46,291 nt of DNA from an uncultured Campylobacter sp. (GCF_937997595.1 NZ_CALKTS010000149.1:1-46291); one strand, 5' to 3'. Positions 30,147 to 39,564 are shown, numbered from the stretch's first letter. Notes: generated by a model from the letters alone, not told the origin. Translations and numbers: made by a program.

Positions 30147-30737
30147 ATGATAAACAACTCTCAAAACACAGAGCCGAAGAAAAAGAGAATTCGAAAAACA
30201 TCTCACGTTGAAATTTCACAAGCAGAAATGGAAATTTTTAAAAAAGAGACATACCCGCACGAAAAACTAAGCAACAAAGATTTTATACTTCGATTGTATT
30301 TAGACGTAAATTCAAAGAAAGCAAACATTACATTTCCACCTGAAAATTTTGCCAATAATAAGCGCCTTCAAATCACAATTTCCATATATGAAAACGAAAA
30401 AGCAGAGATCGAACACAAAGGCATGAACCCCCGAGAATATATTGCAAACGCTTTTCGTAGCGCTCTTTATGGCGACAACTATATATCGTCAGACTACTGT
30501 GTAAATATGGCTGAAATTTCAAAGTTTTTTAAAAAACTATCGGTGCAGCTAAGAAATTTAAGAGTTCTTTTTGAAGAATGCCCGCCTGAAGAAAGAGCCC
30601 TTCTAATCGAAAACACTTTCAAGCTTGAAGAAAAAATCTCAAAATTTGCAGACTCTCCGAATCTAAAACATTTCTTTGAACCTTTACAAATTAGGCGTAA
30701 ATTCACAAGTCGAAAACGAAATTTAAAGGCTAAGTGA
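30147..30737 (+). CDS. MobC/relaxosome accessory-like protein
   Basis: Lies between the oriT candidate and the relaxase with overlapping stop/start; RHH-like segments (KRLQITISIYENEKAEIE...NPREYIANA). Confidence 0.5.
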   Translation: MINNSQNTEPKKKRIRKTSHVEISQAEMEIFKKETYPHEKLSNKDFILRLYLDVNSKKANITFPPENFANNKRLQITISIYENEKAEIEHKGMNPREYIANAFRSALYGDNYISSDYCVNMAEISKFFKKLSVQLRNLRVLFEECPPEERALLIENTFKLEEKISKFADSPNLKHFFEPLQIRRKFTSRKRNLKAK

Positions 30738-32257
30738 TGGATACTAAAAGAAAAAAGTATTGGGACAGTCTTTCACGGTCTTGGGTTGATGATGACGATC
30801 CGTTTGCTGCTGCAATTCATATATCGACGGGAGCTCGATATTTTCCAAAACCTAAAACGACTTTTAACACAAGCCGCTACAGACCTAAAAGAAGTTTAAA
30901 AACCCCTTTCGCATCGCCTAGACGTGTGAAATCTAACGACTTCAGGAGATCTAATCAAGTAGTACGTCATTCAATTAATCATAGCAAAGGTTCAAATCAA
31001 CTGATTTTTTGCAAGAAAAGCGTGCAGCATAATCAAAACCAAATTTTAAAAGTTGCAAAATATATCGCTGGGCTTTCTAACGATAAAAACGAAAATGTAG
31101 ATCTCGTCCTTACGGGTCCGAATTTAGAAATCAACCTGCTCTATAACGATCCTATAAATAAAAACGCCATAATAGAAGATTTTCTTGCAAGTTTTGATGA
31201 AGAATCAAAGCGCGCTCAAACTATGCATCTAATATTTCACGTCAAAGCTGAAGGTAAAGATCCTAAAGCTGCTACTTTGGCTTTAACTCAATCTTGGTTT
31301 AAATGTTTGCGAAAATTCAAAGCAGATTGGGGTTTTGATGAAGAATGCTTGATCGCTCAACACCCCGAGCAAAAGAAATCCCTTGATGGGAAACGCGACT
31401 ATCCGCATATACACGTACTTTGTCGCTATATGGATCTAAGCCCGGTTAAAATGCTTGAAATTCGCAAAGAAATGACAAACCAAATGCGTGAATGGGGTTT
31501 CGAGCTTGACGATCCTAAGGAAAAAACACATAAAATACCTGATAGACAAATGGAAATCACAAATTTCATTTATCGCGATGATGGTAAAATAGATCAAATT
31601 AAATTGCGTTCGTCCAACGGGATTGAAACGAGCGTTAAAGGCGTGGATCTTGATCGACTTTGTAAAAAACATAACCTAAAAGTAGGCGATCGAATTCGAC
31701 TCAAAACAACGAAAGAGCCACCGCTAAAAAAGGGTTTTAAGCCAAAAAACATCTTTGAATTAGTTGAATACGCGCCGTTTGTAGAGAAATCACAAATCAA
31801 ATCCGAATTGGACGACTTCTTTGACCGCTTTACTGAAAAATATAGTCGCAAAAAAGAAAAAGATGCTGAATTTGAGACTACTGCAGAAAGATCGAAAAAA
31901 CTTTGCGCAGCCGAGACTAACGACGAAAACGCATCAAAACAGAGCTCTGAAGCGACGATCGCACCTAAAGACATATCAGAGCCTACCCCAACCATTCAAA
32001 ACGCTCCTACGCAATCGCAGAACGATTCAGATACGTATTTCATAGAACGCAACGGCAAAAAAATCGAAGTAACAGAAATTAAAGGTGTGCTTTACCAAGT
32101 ATTTACAGAACGAGATGGAGCGAAAATAATAAGCCCTTTAAACGGAACGCGAGGCTCTTTACTTGATAGGCTGCGAGATACGAAAACCAAAACACCGCCT
32201 ACGACTGAGACGCCTAAGATAAAACCGGGCAACAGCAAGGATCTCGGCGGACGATAG
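30734..32257 (+). CDS. MOBP-like HUH relaxase
   Basis: Motif I AKYIA (catalytic Tyr), motif II QTMHLIFH, motif III AQHPE...PHIHVL; basic C-terminus ending KDLGGR, like T4SS substrate signals. Confidence 0.8.
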   Translation: MMDTKRKKYWDSLSRSWVDDDDPFAAAIHISTGARYFPKPKTTFNTSRYRPKRSLKTPFASPRRVKSNDFRRSNQVVRHSINHSKGSNQLIFCKKSVQHNQNQILKVAKYIAGLSNDKNENVDLVLTGPNLEINLLYNDPINKNAIIEDFLASFDEESKRAQTMHLIFHVKAEGKDPKAATLALTQSWFKCLRKFKADWGFDEECLIAQHPEQKKSLDGKRDYPHIHVLCRYMDLSPVKMLEIRKEMTNQMREWGFELDDPKEKTHKIPDRQMEITNFIYRDDGKIDQIKLRSSNGIETSVKGVDLDRLCKKHNLKVGDRIRLKTTKEPPLKKGFKPKNIFELVEYAPFVEKSQIKSELDDFFDRFTEKYSRKKEKDAEFETTAERSKKLCAAETNDENASKQSSEATIAPKDISEPTPTIQNAPTQSQNDSDTYFIERNGKKIEVTEIKGVLYQVFTERDGAKIISPLNGTRGSLLDRLRDTKTKTPPTTETPKIKPGNSKDLGGR

Positions 32258-32376
32258 CCCCCGAGCGGAGCACAGCATAGGCACCCTACCGGTATCATCT
32301 GTAGCGCATCGATGATAGCCGATATTTGCCGTTGCTTCCTAGCCTTGGCGCGCTACCCCTACCGGGATAATATCCG

Positions 32377-32856
32377 CTATGCTGCATCTATAAAGCTTTT
32401 GCCTGAATTTATAGCATTTTTAACGATTTTAGAGCTTTTAAAATAGATGATTGGAATGCTTTTAAAGCTATTTTCCAAATTTTCTTTTAAGAAAGATAGT
32501 TCTGCGTCATCTTTATAATCCGTTGCTAGGATGATAATATTTGGATTGATCTTTTTAATTTCATCAATCGTTTCCATCGTGCGGAGTAAGCTATTAAATT
32601 CAGGCAAGCATGGAACGATTACGTAGTCGCTTTCAGATATAATTTTTAATACGCCAGCACTTTTGAAGCCGCCAAAATCATATACGCAGTTATCTATTAG
32701 TTTAGGTGTATCGGTAATAACTGCATAATTTGGATAGATCTGTTCTATGCAGCTAGTATCGTTGCTTTGTAGATATAGCGATAGGTCTTTTGCTATGCTA
32801 AAGGCGAAGGGGGTTTTACCTACTCCGCCTTTTTTATTTAGAATTGAGATAATCAT
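32377..32856 (-). CDS. ParA-like ATPase, probably C-terminally truncated
   Basis: MIISILNKKGGVGKT deviant Walker A, YDFGG, DYVIVP; only 159 aa and ends abruptly at the GC-rich CCCTACCGG region. Confidence 0.75.
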   Translation of the reverse strand: MIISILNKKGGVGKTPFAFSIAKDLSLYLQSNDTSCIEQIYPNYAVITDTPKLIDNCVYDFGGFKSAGVLKIISESDYVIVPCLPEFNSLLRTMETIDEIKKINPNIIILATDYKDDAELSFLKENLENSFKSIPIIYFKSSKIVKNAINSGKSFIDAA

Positions 32857-32912
32857 TTGTGCGTATCCTTTTTGTTTATTTTTTTTATTGATATTGATTG
32901 TTGTTATTTTTT

Positions 32913-33401
32913 TTAAAATCCATGATATTTAAGTTTACAAGTTCCTCCTCCAAAACCCATGCTTTTATGAAATTCCATTGGTCTTATTAATTTAACCTTT
33001 TCATTTGGCTTATATGGATCATATTCTGATGGAGAGAATGCTTTCATTCCATAATTGATATAGTTGTCGGAATTTTCTGCCTCAATTGTGATTTCGTTTT
33101 TTGAATTAGAAACAAATAAAATTTCTGCTACGCTTCCTGCGAATTGTCCTCTTTTTAGATCTGGTAATGCTGTAATTATAAAAGGAACTCCATCGGGTGA
33201 ATTTTTGCAGAAATTTTCTAGTTGTGTTACAGTTGCAAGATTTTTTGTTTCCATTTTTGAATTTGTTGATTTATTAGTTGTTCCACTTGGTGTGGTAATA
33301 GAGTCAATAGTGCTAGTTACACTATTTAATGCGCTATCTAGGGCGCAACCCGTAAGCGCCAAAGCTAAAGTTGTAGCTAAAGCTAAACTTGATAGTTTCA
33401 T
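32913..33401 (-). CDS. Lipoprotein of unknown function (island cargo)
   Basis: Lipobox LTG-C19; Thr/Ser-rich linker; AT-rich sequence; AAGGA RBS. Confidence 0.75.
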   Translation of the reverse strand: MKLSSLALATTLALALTGCALDSALNSVTSTIDSITTPSGTTNKSTNSKMETKNLATVTQLENFCKNSPDGVPFIITALPDLKRGQFAGSVAEILFVSNSKNEITIEAENSDNYINYGMKAFSPSEYDPYKPNEKVKLIRPMEFHKSMGFGGGTCKLKYHGF

Positions 33402-33588
33402 TTTATATCCTTTATTTTTTAATTTAGTTTATTTGAAAAAATGTTTGAAAATATTTGATTTTTAGATTGAGTTTTTAATCAGATATTTGTCAAACATATA
33501 TTTCAAATCTTGTGAAAGATTTTAAAAGATCGTTAAGCTCTGCTGCTAAATTTTGCGACAAGGCTTAATGTGCGTCTTTTAAAGTCAA

Positions 33589-34032
33589 CTATTTAAAGAA
33601 CTCCTCGTATTCTTTTCGATATTCTTGTTTTAAATCGTATACTTTGTCCTTGATCTTTTCCGTGTCTACATTGTAAACTGTGTAATTCGAAAATATCTTT
33701 GGAACATAATAATCTTTTGTCCTTTGAGATGCTTCTAATATGGAATTAAACAATACGATGGTTAAAACAACATCCAATATAGCACTAAACAACACCGCAC
33801 TAATCCCTAAAGGATCTTTCTTCTCTTTAGAAAATATACCCATTTTTGCTGCAACTGCCGAATAGACATAGCAAAGAATAATTAGGACAATGATAGAAGC
33901 TATAGCAAAAAAGCCTATATCGTCATTGTTTGCCATTACCACAATCCTCGTCCATATAAAAAATGCGATAGCGCATATTACAAAATTAAGAGCCGCAACG
34001 GCTAAAACATAGTATTTCCTTAGTTTTTCCAT
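33589..34032 (-). CDS. Three-TM membrane protein of unknown function (island cargo)
   Basis: Three hydrophobic segments followed by a charged tail; AAGGG RBS. Confidence 0.7.
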   Translation of the reverse strand: MEKLRKYYVLAVAALNFVICAIAFFIWTRIVVMANNDDIGFFAIASIIVLIILCYVYSAVAAKMGIFSKEKKDPLGISAVLFSAILDVVLTIVLFNSILEASQRTKDYYVPKIFSNYTVYNVDTEKIKDKVYDLKQEYRKEYEEFFK

Positions 34033-34352
34033 GATTTTCCCTTTCTTGATTAGATTGACAAGTAGCCGTTTTTTCCAAAATTTTCGTGGATAAAAAGACT
34101 AATCTATAAGTATCTTAATAGGCATATATCGCCGACTTTTTTCGTCATTTTGACTATTCTCCCACCATTTTTAAAGATTACTATCTGCATAACTCATATG
34201 CACTCCTTTGAAAAATTTCTTGGAATATTAATCACGTATGACTTAACTTAAAACAAAGAAACAATTCCTTTGTAAAAGTTAAAAGTCGGGAATTATTCCT
34301 TTGTTGAATAGATAGTAAATTTTCTTGAAAATTCCCATTTAAAAGGTAAAAA

Positions 34353-34559
34353 ATGAGACATAACTTATCACAAAGAGATATAGCGGGAATTTTAAAAATC
34401 GATACAAAAACGCTTTATAATTGGCGTAAGAATAAACCCGAGCTTTATCGTATCGTAATGCTCGGGTTTAAATTCGACGAGCTGTTAAAGCAGGCGCAAA
34501 AGAATTTAGACGAGCTTCAAGACCTCGCGGAAGGGAATGCCGATTTGCGCCTAAAATGA
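34353..34559 (+). CDS. Small HTH transcriptional regulator
   Basis: LSQRDIAGILKIDTKTLYNWRK HTH plus a C-terminal coiled coil; AAGG RBS; divergent from the cargo genes. Confidence 0.8.
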   Translation: MRHNLSQRDIAGILKIDTKTLYNWRKNKPELYRIVMLGFKFDELLKQAQKNLDELQDLAEGNADLRLK

Positions 34560-34579
34560 TTTTGTTTATTTCAGGCGCA
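34546..34579. terminator. Hairpin between the convergent HTH and integrase genes
   Basis: TGCGCCTAAAAT ... ATTTCAGGCGCA (11/12 paired). Confidence 0.45.
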
Positions 34580-34643
34580 GCCCACATATTTGAATAATTC
34601 GGGATGGGGTAGAGTAAGTCTTATTCCAACGCGGAGATTGATA

Positions 34644-35903
34644 TCAAAACAGCGGCGTTATGGAATTTAAATAATCCCCATACCATTGCATAAGCGTTGC
34701 AATCTGCTCTATGGTAGCCTTTTTACGCTCGTATGATCTTTTCACTTCGTTTGGCTCTACGTGCGCTAAAGCGCTTTCTATGGCTTCTTCTGTTACGCCC
34801 AAGCTATATAGCTCCGCCTTATGCGTAGAGCAAATGGTGCGGAAGGTGGCTCTAAAGCCGTGAGAAGTAGCTCTATCCTTATACTTACCCTTACCGCCTA
34901 AATTTCTTATAGCCTTGCTTAGGCTGTCTCTATGCAAATGACCTGCCGCATTGGTGGATGGAAAGACGAATTTATCATTTCTGCTAAATAGCTGCTGCTC
35001 TTTTAAAATCTCTTTGGCATATGAGCTTGGAGGTATTTGATGAGTGGTCCTAGATTTCATTTCAACCGCCTTTATAGTCCAAATTCCTTTTTCTAAGTCT
35101 ATATCATCCCACTTAGCGCTTGCGGTATTGCCAGGACGATTGACGCAAAGGATTTGCAGATATATAGCTCGCTTAGTAGCCAGCTCTAACTTATCGTCCA
35201 TTTTTAGATCGTCAAGGAATTCCTTTATATCCGCCTCCTCTGTTAAGGCGGGGTATTCGGTATTGATCTCATGGTTTTTATTATGTTTATGGGAGGTAGG
35301 AAATTCTTTGTGTAACATAGCGCAAGGATTGCGTCCGATATATTCATCGTTTATGGCTATATCGAAAACTGCACCACAATAATATATTAAGCGACGAATG
35401 GTCTCTAATCTGCTTTTTTTATTATTCGGATTAAAAATCGCATTAAGAACTTCTAAAAGCTCACTTCTTTTTATAGTTTTAACGTCTCTATCACCGAATT
35501 CGGGTAGGATATAAGTAGAAACCATACTAATGATTTTGGCGATATAGCCTTCACTATCTCCGCTTCTATGTTTCTGCTCTATAACCTTATCAAATAGGCT
35601 TTTAAATTTATACTTATTCGACTTGCCTAAGATTACATCTAGCTCCTTGCCTTGTGCTAGTTGAGCTAAAAGAGCGTTGGCTTCCTTGCGTGCTTCTGCT
35701 ACGGAGTAGATACCCGGGCGGAATTCCTTTAGACTGACTATCTTATCGCCTGCTAAACGCAAGAAAAAGGTTTTTGTGCCGCTAGGATGGACGAAAAGAT
35801 AAAGCTCTTTTGGCGATCCGACGGCTACTTTGTATCTTTTATCCTTTGCCTTAAGGTCTCTAATATCCTTATCGGAAAGATGCGCCTTCGATATATTTGC
35901 CAT
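34644..35903 (-). CDS. int: P4-family tyrosine integrase
   Basis: N-terminal arm-binding domain (LYLFVHPSGTKTF..SVAEARKEA); catalytic R (NRPG), K (EMKS), HGFR, LAH and Y (RSY) all present. Confidence 0.93.
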   Translation of the reverse strand: MANISKAHLSDKDIRDLKAKDKRYKVAVGSPKELYLFVHPSGTKTFFLRLAGDKIVSLKEFRPGIYSVAEARKEANALLAQLAQGKELDVILGKSNKYKFKSLFDKVIEQKHRSGDSEGYIAKIISMVSTYILPEFGDRDVKTIKRSELLEVLNAIFNPNNKKSRLETIRRLIYYCGAVFDIAINDEYIGRNPCAMLHKEFPTSHKHNKNHEINTEYPALTEEADIKEFLDDLKMDDKLELATKRAIYLQILCVNRPGNTASAKWDDIDLEKGIWTIKAVEMKSRTTHQIPPSSYAKEILKEQQLFSRNDKFVFPSTNAAGHLHRDSLSKAIRNLGGKGKYKDRATSHGFRATFRTICSTHKAELYSLGVTEEAIESALAHVEPNEVKRSYERKKATIEQIATLMQWYGDYLNSITPLF

Positions 35904-35924
35904 AATACCCTCCTAAAATGGGAA

Positions 35925-35962
35925 AGTCCCTTAATGGGGAAAGAGTCCCTGAATTAGTCCCT
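35925..35962. repeat. Putative integrase arm-type sites (AGTCCCT x3)
   Basis: AGTCCCT at 35925, 35944 and 35956, between the tRNA 3' end and the integrase start. Confidence 0.55.
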
Positions 35963-36096
35963 TATTTTTTCAGAAATAATTATACTATAAACAAAAATAA
36001 AAGGAAAGAAAAATAATCTGGATATAAGATAAGTGCCTATATGCAGGAATTAAAGAGAAGTAAAAAGAAGTGATTAAAACTTAAAAATAGCTTAAA

Positions 36097-36172
36097 TGGT
36101 GGTCCCGATTGGACTCGAACCAACGACTTCCACCATGTCAAGGTGACACTCTACCAACTGAGTTACGGGGCC
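36097..36172 (-). tRNA. tRNA-Val (GAC)
   Basis: 76 nt cloverleaf GGCCCCGTAACTCAGTTGGTAGAGTGTCACCTT-GAC-ATGGTGGAAGTCGTTGGTTCGAGTCCAATCGGGACCACCA with encoded CCA. Confidence 0.97.
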
Positions 36173-36186
36173 AAAAAAGAAACGGC

Positions 36187-36215
36187 AGTATATCAAAAAA
36201 ATCTCTCAATAGCAA
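36187..36215 (-). promoter_or_regulatory. sigma70 promoter of tRNA-Val
   Basis: TTGCTA (36215-36210), 17 bp spacer, TATACT (36192-36187), with an extended -10 TG. Confidence 0.6.
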
Positions 36216-36354
36216 GCAAATTTTAATTTTTCGTAAAATTCCGCCAAAATTTTATCATCTTATCCTCGCCGAAATTCTATACAAGATTTCGCCGTGACGC
36301 AAAATCGCATCGAAATTCTACGCGAAATTTCATGATCTTTCCAAAATCCACGTA

Positions 36355-36466
36355 AAATTTAATGGCGCAAACTTGCGGCGCAGCGTAAATTTACGCCAGA
36401 TACGGCGCGATTTTGGTGCGTTCCGCTTGGATGCCGCAAATTACGGCTCCTTGCGCGAACCGCACG
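36355..36466. repeat. ~110 bp direct repeat, copy 1
   Basis: AAATTTAATGGCGCAAACTTGCGGCGCAGCGTAAATTTACGCCAGATACG...TTACGGCTCCTTGCGCGAACCGC aligns colinearly with 37505-37617. Confidence 0.85.
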
Positions 36467-36529
36467 TTCCGTTTGTTCGCTATACCTTACCTTGTTTTGC
36501 CCCGCTTGCCTCGCTCCGCCTTGCGCCCG

Positions 36530-37486
36530 TTAAGACGTCCAAATTTTTTCATTCAGCTTTAGAATTTTTACGATTTGCAGCATCGCGTCCAGATCCGCTT
36601 TGATATCCTTTGCGATACGAGCATTGAGTATCGGCTGATCCAAACTCGGCTCGAAACTATCGGCGCCGCGAGCTATCGCGATGTAAATTTTATTTTGCTT
36701 GAAGCTCAGCGAGATATTCGATTTTACGAGCTGTTTAAGAGATAAAATTTTATCCATCAGCGCGGGCGTCAGGACATACATAACCGTCATTGCGTCGTTT
36801 GCATAAATCGTAAAATTTTGATTGAAGTCCGCGTTATCTATTGGTATTTCGCGACCACCCAGTAGTTTGTGCCGCAACTCAGACGGCGGCAGTGTCGTAT
36901 TCGATAAGACAAAAATGTCGGAGCAGATTTTTTTATTAAAATTTGCCACGAAAAAGGGTCCTTCGAAAAATGTGGCGTAATTATTTTTAAAAATAAATGG
37001 AATTCCCGTACCGATGTCTTTTTCCAGCCTTATGTCGCAAAACATAAAATCCACGCCGTCCACGTTTGCGCAAACCAGATCATCCGCGCGAAATCTATCA
37101 AATCCGTCAAATATCTCGCTTTGCCTTACCTCTTTTTCCTGAAAAAGCGCGCCCATTTTATATGAAAAGCCCAGGCTTTCGATATAGGGCTTGAGATAAA
37201 GCTCTTTGTAGCGCATCAAAAACCGCTCGGTTTTACGCTCAAAAATCCACTCGTAAAATTCGTCCCGCATGGCGATTATTGCTAAAATAGACATGACCAA
37301 AAAAGATAAGCTTTCTATGCCAAGATCGAGTTTGGGAAAATCGAGAAAGATGATTATCAATGCGAGCGCAAGCATCGGACCGAAAACCACGAACGCTACG
37401 AGATAACTTAAAATTTTCCAAAGCTTGCGACTTTTCTTAAGCTGCTTGCGCTGCTTTTCTAAATCTATGACGGTTTTAATATCCAC
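36530..37486 (-). CDS. DUF3137-like membrane protein
   Basis: Two N-terminal TMs; DDLV, FEGPFFVANFNK, DNADFNQNF.IY..D...YVLTPALM and ISLSF..NKIYIAI are typical of DUF3137 proteins; GTG start with GAGG RBS. Confidence 0.75.
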   Translation of the reverse strand: MDIKTVIDLEKQRKQLKKSRKLWKILSYLVAFVVFGPMLALALIIIFLDFPKLDLGIESLSFLVMSILAIIAMRDEFYEWIFERKTERFLMRYKELYLKPYIESLGFSYKMGALFQEKEVRQSEIFDGFDRFRADDLVCANVDGVDFMFCDIRLEKDIGTGIPFIFKNNYATFFEGPFFVANFNKKICSDIFVLSNTTLPPSELRHKLLGGREIPIDNADFNQNFTIYANDAMTVMYVLTPALMDKILSLKQLVKSNISLSFKQNKIYIAIARGADSFEPSLDQPILNARIAKDIKADLDAMLQIVKILKLNEKIWTS

Positions 37487-37504
37487 GCCAAACCTCTATT
37501 TATT

Positions 37505-37617
37505 AAATTTAATGGCGCAACCTTGCGGCACAGCGTAAATCTGCGCCCGATACGACGTAATAGGTGCGCGCTGTTTTAGAGCCGCTAAATTTTACGGCTA
37601 CTTGCGCGAGCCGCGCG
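37505..37617. repeat. ~110 bp direct repeat, copy 2
   Basis: AAATTTAATGGCGCAACCTTGCGGCACAGCGTAAATCTGCGCCCGATACG...TTACGGCTACTTGCGCGAGCCGC. Confidence 0.85.
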
Positions 37618-37672
37618 CAGTGAAATTTGCCGCCAAGCTTAACTTGCAGTATAAATCCCGTGATTAAAAAAC

Positions 37673-38758
37673 TTATTTCAGCAGCTCGTTTGCATACGCT
37701 CGCACGCTCGCATCCACCGCCGCAAGCGCTTCTGCGTCCGTCACGCTAGGCGAGTTAAATTTCTCCGCGCACTTTAACACCACGCGCGCAATGTCGGTAA
37801 AGCGGCAGCGCTGCTGCAAAAACGCATTTACGCCCACTTCGTTTGCGGCGTTGATGACGACGCCGAGATCGGGGTTTGCTAACAGCGCGTCTTTGAGGGT
37901 AAAAATTTGAAATTTCATCTCGTCGATCGGCTTAAGCTCTATCGGTCGCAGTGCGCACAGATCCACGGGTGCGGTGATCTGCTCCCGTACGTCGCCGCTA
38001 AACATCGCGTGTGCGATGGCTAGGCGCATATCGGCTCTGCTAATGTGCGCCGTCGTAGAGCCGTCTGCGAATTCGACCAGCGCGTGGATCTGCGAGGTGC
38101 GCTCGATGAGCGCATCGATCTCGCGCGTGCCGTAGAGCCAAAACGCCTCGATCACCTCAAAGAGTTTATTCGCCATCGTGGCGCTGTCGATCGTGATCTT
38201 TGCGCCCATCTTCCAGTTGGGGTGCTTGAGGGCGTTTTGCGGCGTGAGCGAGCCCAGCTGCGTTAACGGCACATCGTAAAACGCGCCGCCGCTAGCCGTG
38301 ATGATTAGGCGCGAAACAGGGATTTTGGCGTTGCTAAGTAAAAATTTCAGCCCGAAATGCTCGCTGTCGATCGGGTAAATTTTATCCGTTTGCAGAAATT
38401 TCCCGCCGACGACAAGGCTTTCTTTGTTGGCGAGACACAGTCTCTTTCCGAGCTCTTGGGTTTTTAGGCTAGGCATCATGCCCGCAAAGCCTACGAGAGC
38501 ATTTACTACGGTCGTGCTTTTGCACTCCGCAAGCATCTGCAAAATTCCATCCGCACCGCAAAATACGCGCTCGTGATCTACCTCGCTTTTCTGCTGCGCG
38601 TCCGCGATACAGACGAGCTTTGGATGAAATTTTGCGATCTGTTCGTTTAAAAGCTTGATATTACGCCCGCAGCTAAGCGCTTCGATCATACTGCCGCTGC
38701 GAGCGGCTACGTCTAGGGTGTTTGTGCCGATAGAGCCCGTGGAGCCTAAAACTACCAT
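37673..38758 (-). CDS. dxr: 1-deoxy-D-xylulose-5-phosphate reductoisomerase
   Basis: [53 protein letters not shown]. Confidence 0.97.
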   Translation of the reverse strand: MVVLGSTGSIGTNTLDVAARSGSMIEALSCGRNIKLLNEQIAKFHPKLVCIADAQQKSEVDHERVFCGADGILQMLAECKSTTVVNALVGFAGMMPSLKTQELGKRLCLANKESLVVGGKFLQTDKIYPIDSEHFGLKFLLSNAKIPVSRLIITASGGAFYDVPLTQLGSLTPQNALKHPNWKMGAKITIDSATMANKLFEVIEAFWLYGTREIDALIERTSQIHALVEFADGSTTAHISRADMRLAIAHAMFSGDVREQITAPVDLCALRPIELKPIDEMKFQIFTLKDALLANPDLGVVINAANEVGVNAFLQQRCRFTDIARVVLKCAEKFNSPSVTDAEALAAVDASVRAYANELLK

Positions 38759-39516
38759 GAATAGACTATCGCCATCGCGATTGCGCCGAACATATAGCCG
38801 TCGATGCGGTCTAAGATCCCGCCGTGTCCGGGAAAGAGCGCGCCGCTGTCTTTAAGACCCGCCGCGCGTTTTAGGTAGCTCTCAAACAGATCGCCGAACA
38901 CGCCAAAAATTGCTATGATGATGGTCTTTCCTAAAATTTCAAGCGGCGGCATATTGGTAAAGATGCGCGCATAAATGAGGCTAACTATAAGCGCGAGCGC
39001 AAGACCGCCTAGTACACCTTCTACGGTTTTATTCGGCGAGCTAGCGCTTAGCGGAGTTTTGCCAAAGGCTCTACCGATAAAATATGCGCCACTATCGCTA
39101 GCTACGATAATAAAGATCAGCCAAACGAAGTGAAAAACTTCCCCGAAATCATCATAAGCCGCCCACATAAAAAATATCGGCGCAACGGGATAGATAAAAG
39201 GAAGCGTGATCTTTAGGCTAGGGCCCTTGGTAAAGGCTACGACAGAGGCGACGCATAGGATCATCAGGATGCTAACTTTTAGCGCTGAGACGAAGGGCTC
39301 ATCAGTCTGCGTAAATGGTAGCAGCGCAAAAAACGCGATTGCTAGCGCGAGCCACTTTTTGCTAGTTTCCTCTAGACCCCATAACTTGAGGCTTTCAAAA
39401 AACGCAAGCACGAGTATCAGCGCAAATACGGCGAAATTTAGCCACCTGGCGTTTATGAGAATTAGAGCCAAAAATACGGCGAGTAAAATTCCTGCCGTGA
39501 TTATTCTTTGCTTCAT
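38752..39516 (-). CDS. cdsA: Phosphatidate cytidylyltransferase
   Basis: [41 protein letters not shown]. Confidence 0.96.
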   Translation of the reverse strand: MKQRIITAGILLAVFLALILINARWLNFAVFALILVLAFFESLKLWGLEETSKKWLALAIAFFALLPFTQTDEPFVSALKVSILMILCVASVVAFTKGPSLKITLPFIYPVAPIFFMWAAYDDFGEVFHFVWLIFIIVASDSGAYFIGRAFGKTPLSASSPNKTVEGVLGGLALALIVSLIYARIFTNMPPLEILGKTIIIAIFGVFGDLFESYLKRAAGLKDSGALFPGHGGILDRIDGYMFGAIAMAIVYSW

Positions 39517-39564
39517 AAAATTTCCTTAAAATTTATTTTACGAATTATACATCAAGCTCGCTTA

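Larger units (their letters stand above)
26400..36096. mobile_element. tRNA-Val-integrated genomic island (integrative mobilisable element with its own replication module)
   Basis: Integrase abuts the tRNA 3' end; contains AlpA/Xis-like HTH, DUF3987-like NTPase, primase-like protein, oriT, MobC-like protein and relaxase; more AT-rich than flanking core genes. Left boundary approximate. Confidence 0.85.

Noticed and set aside
26541..35903. Prophage
   Set aside because: No capsid, terminase, portal, tail or lysis genes; a relaxase and oriT are present instead.
36109..36297. 62-aa ORF MDSNQRLPPCQGDTLPTEL
   Set aside because: Classic antisense translation of the tRNA gene.
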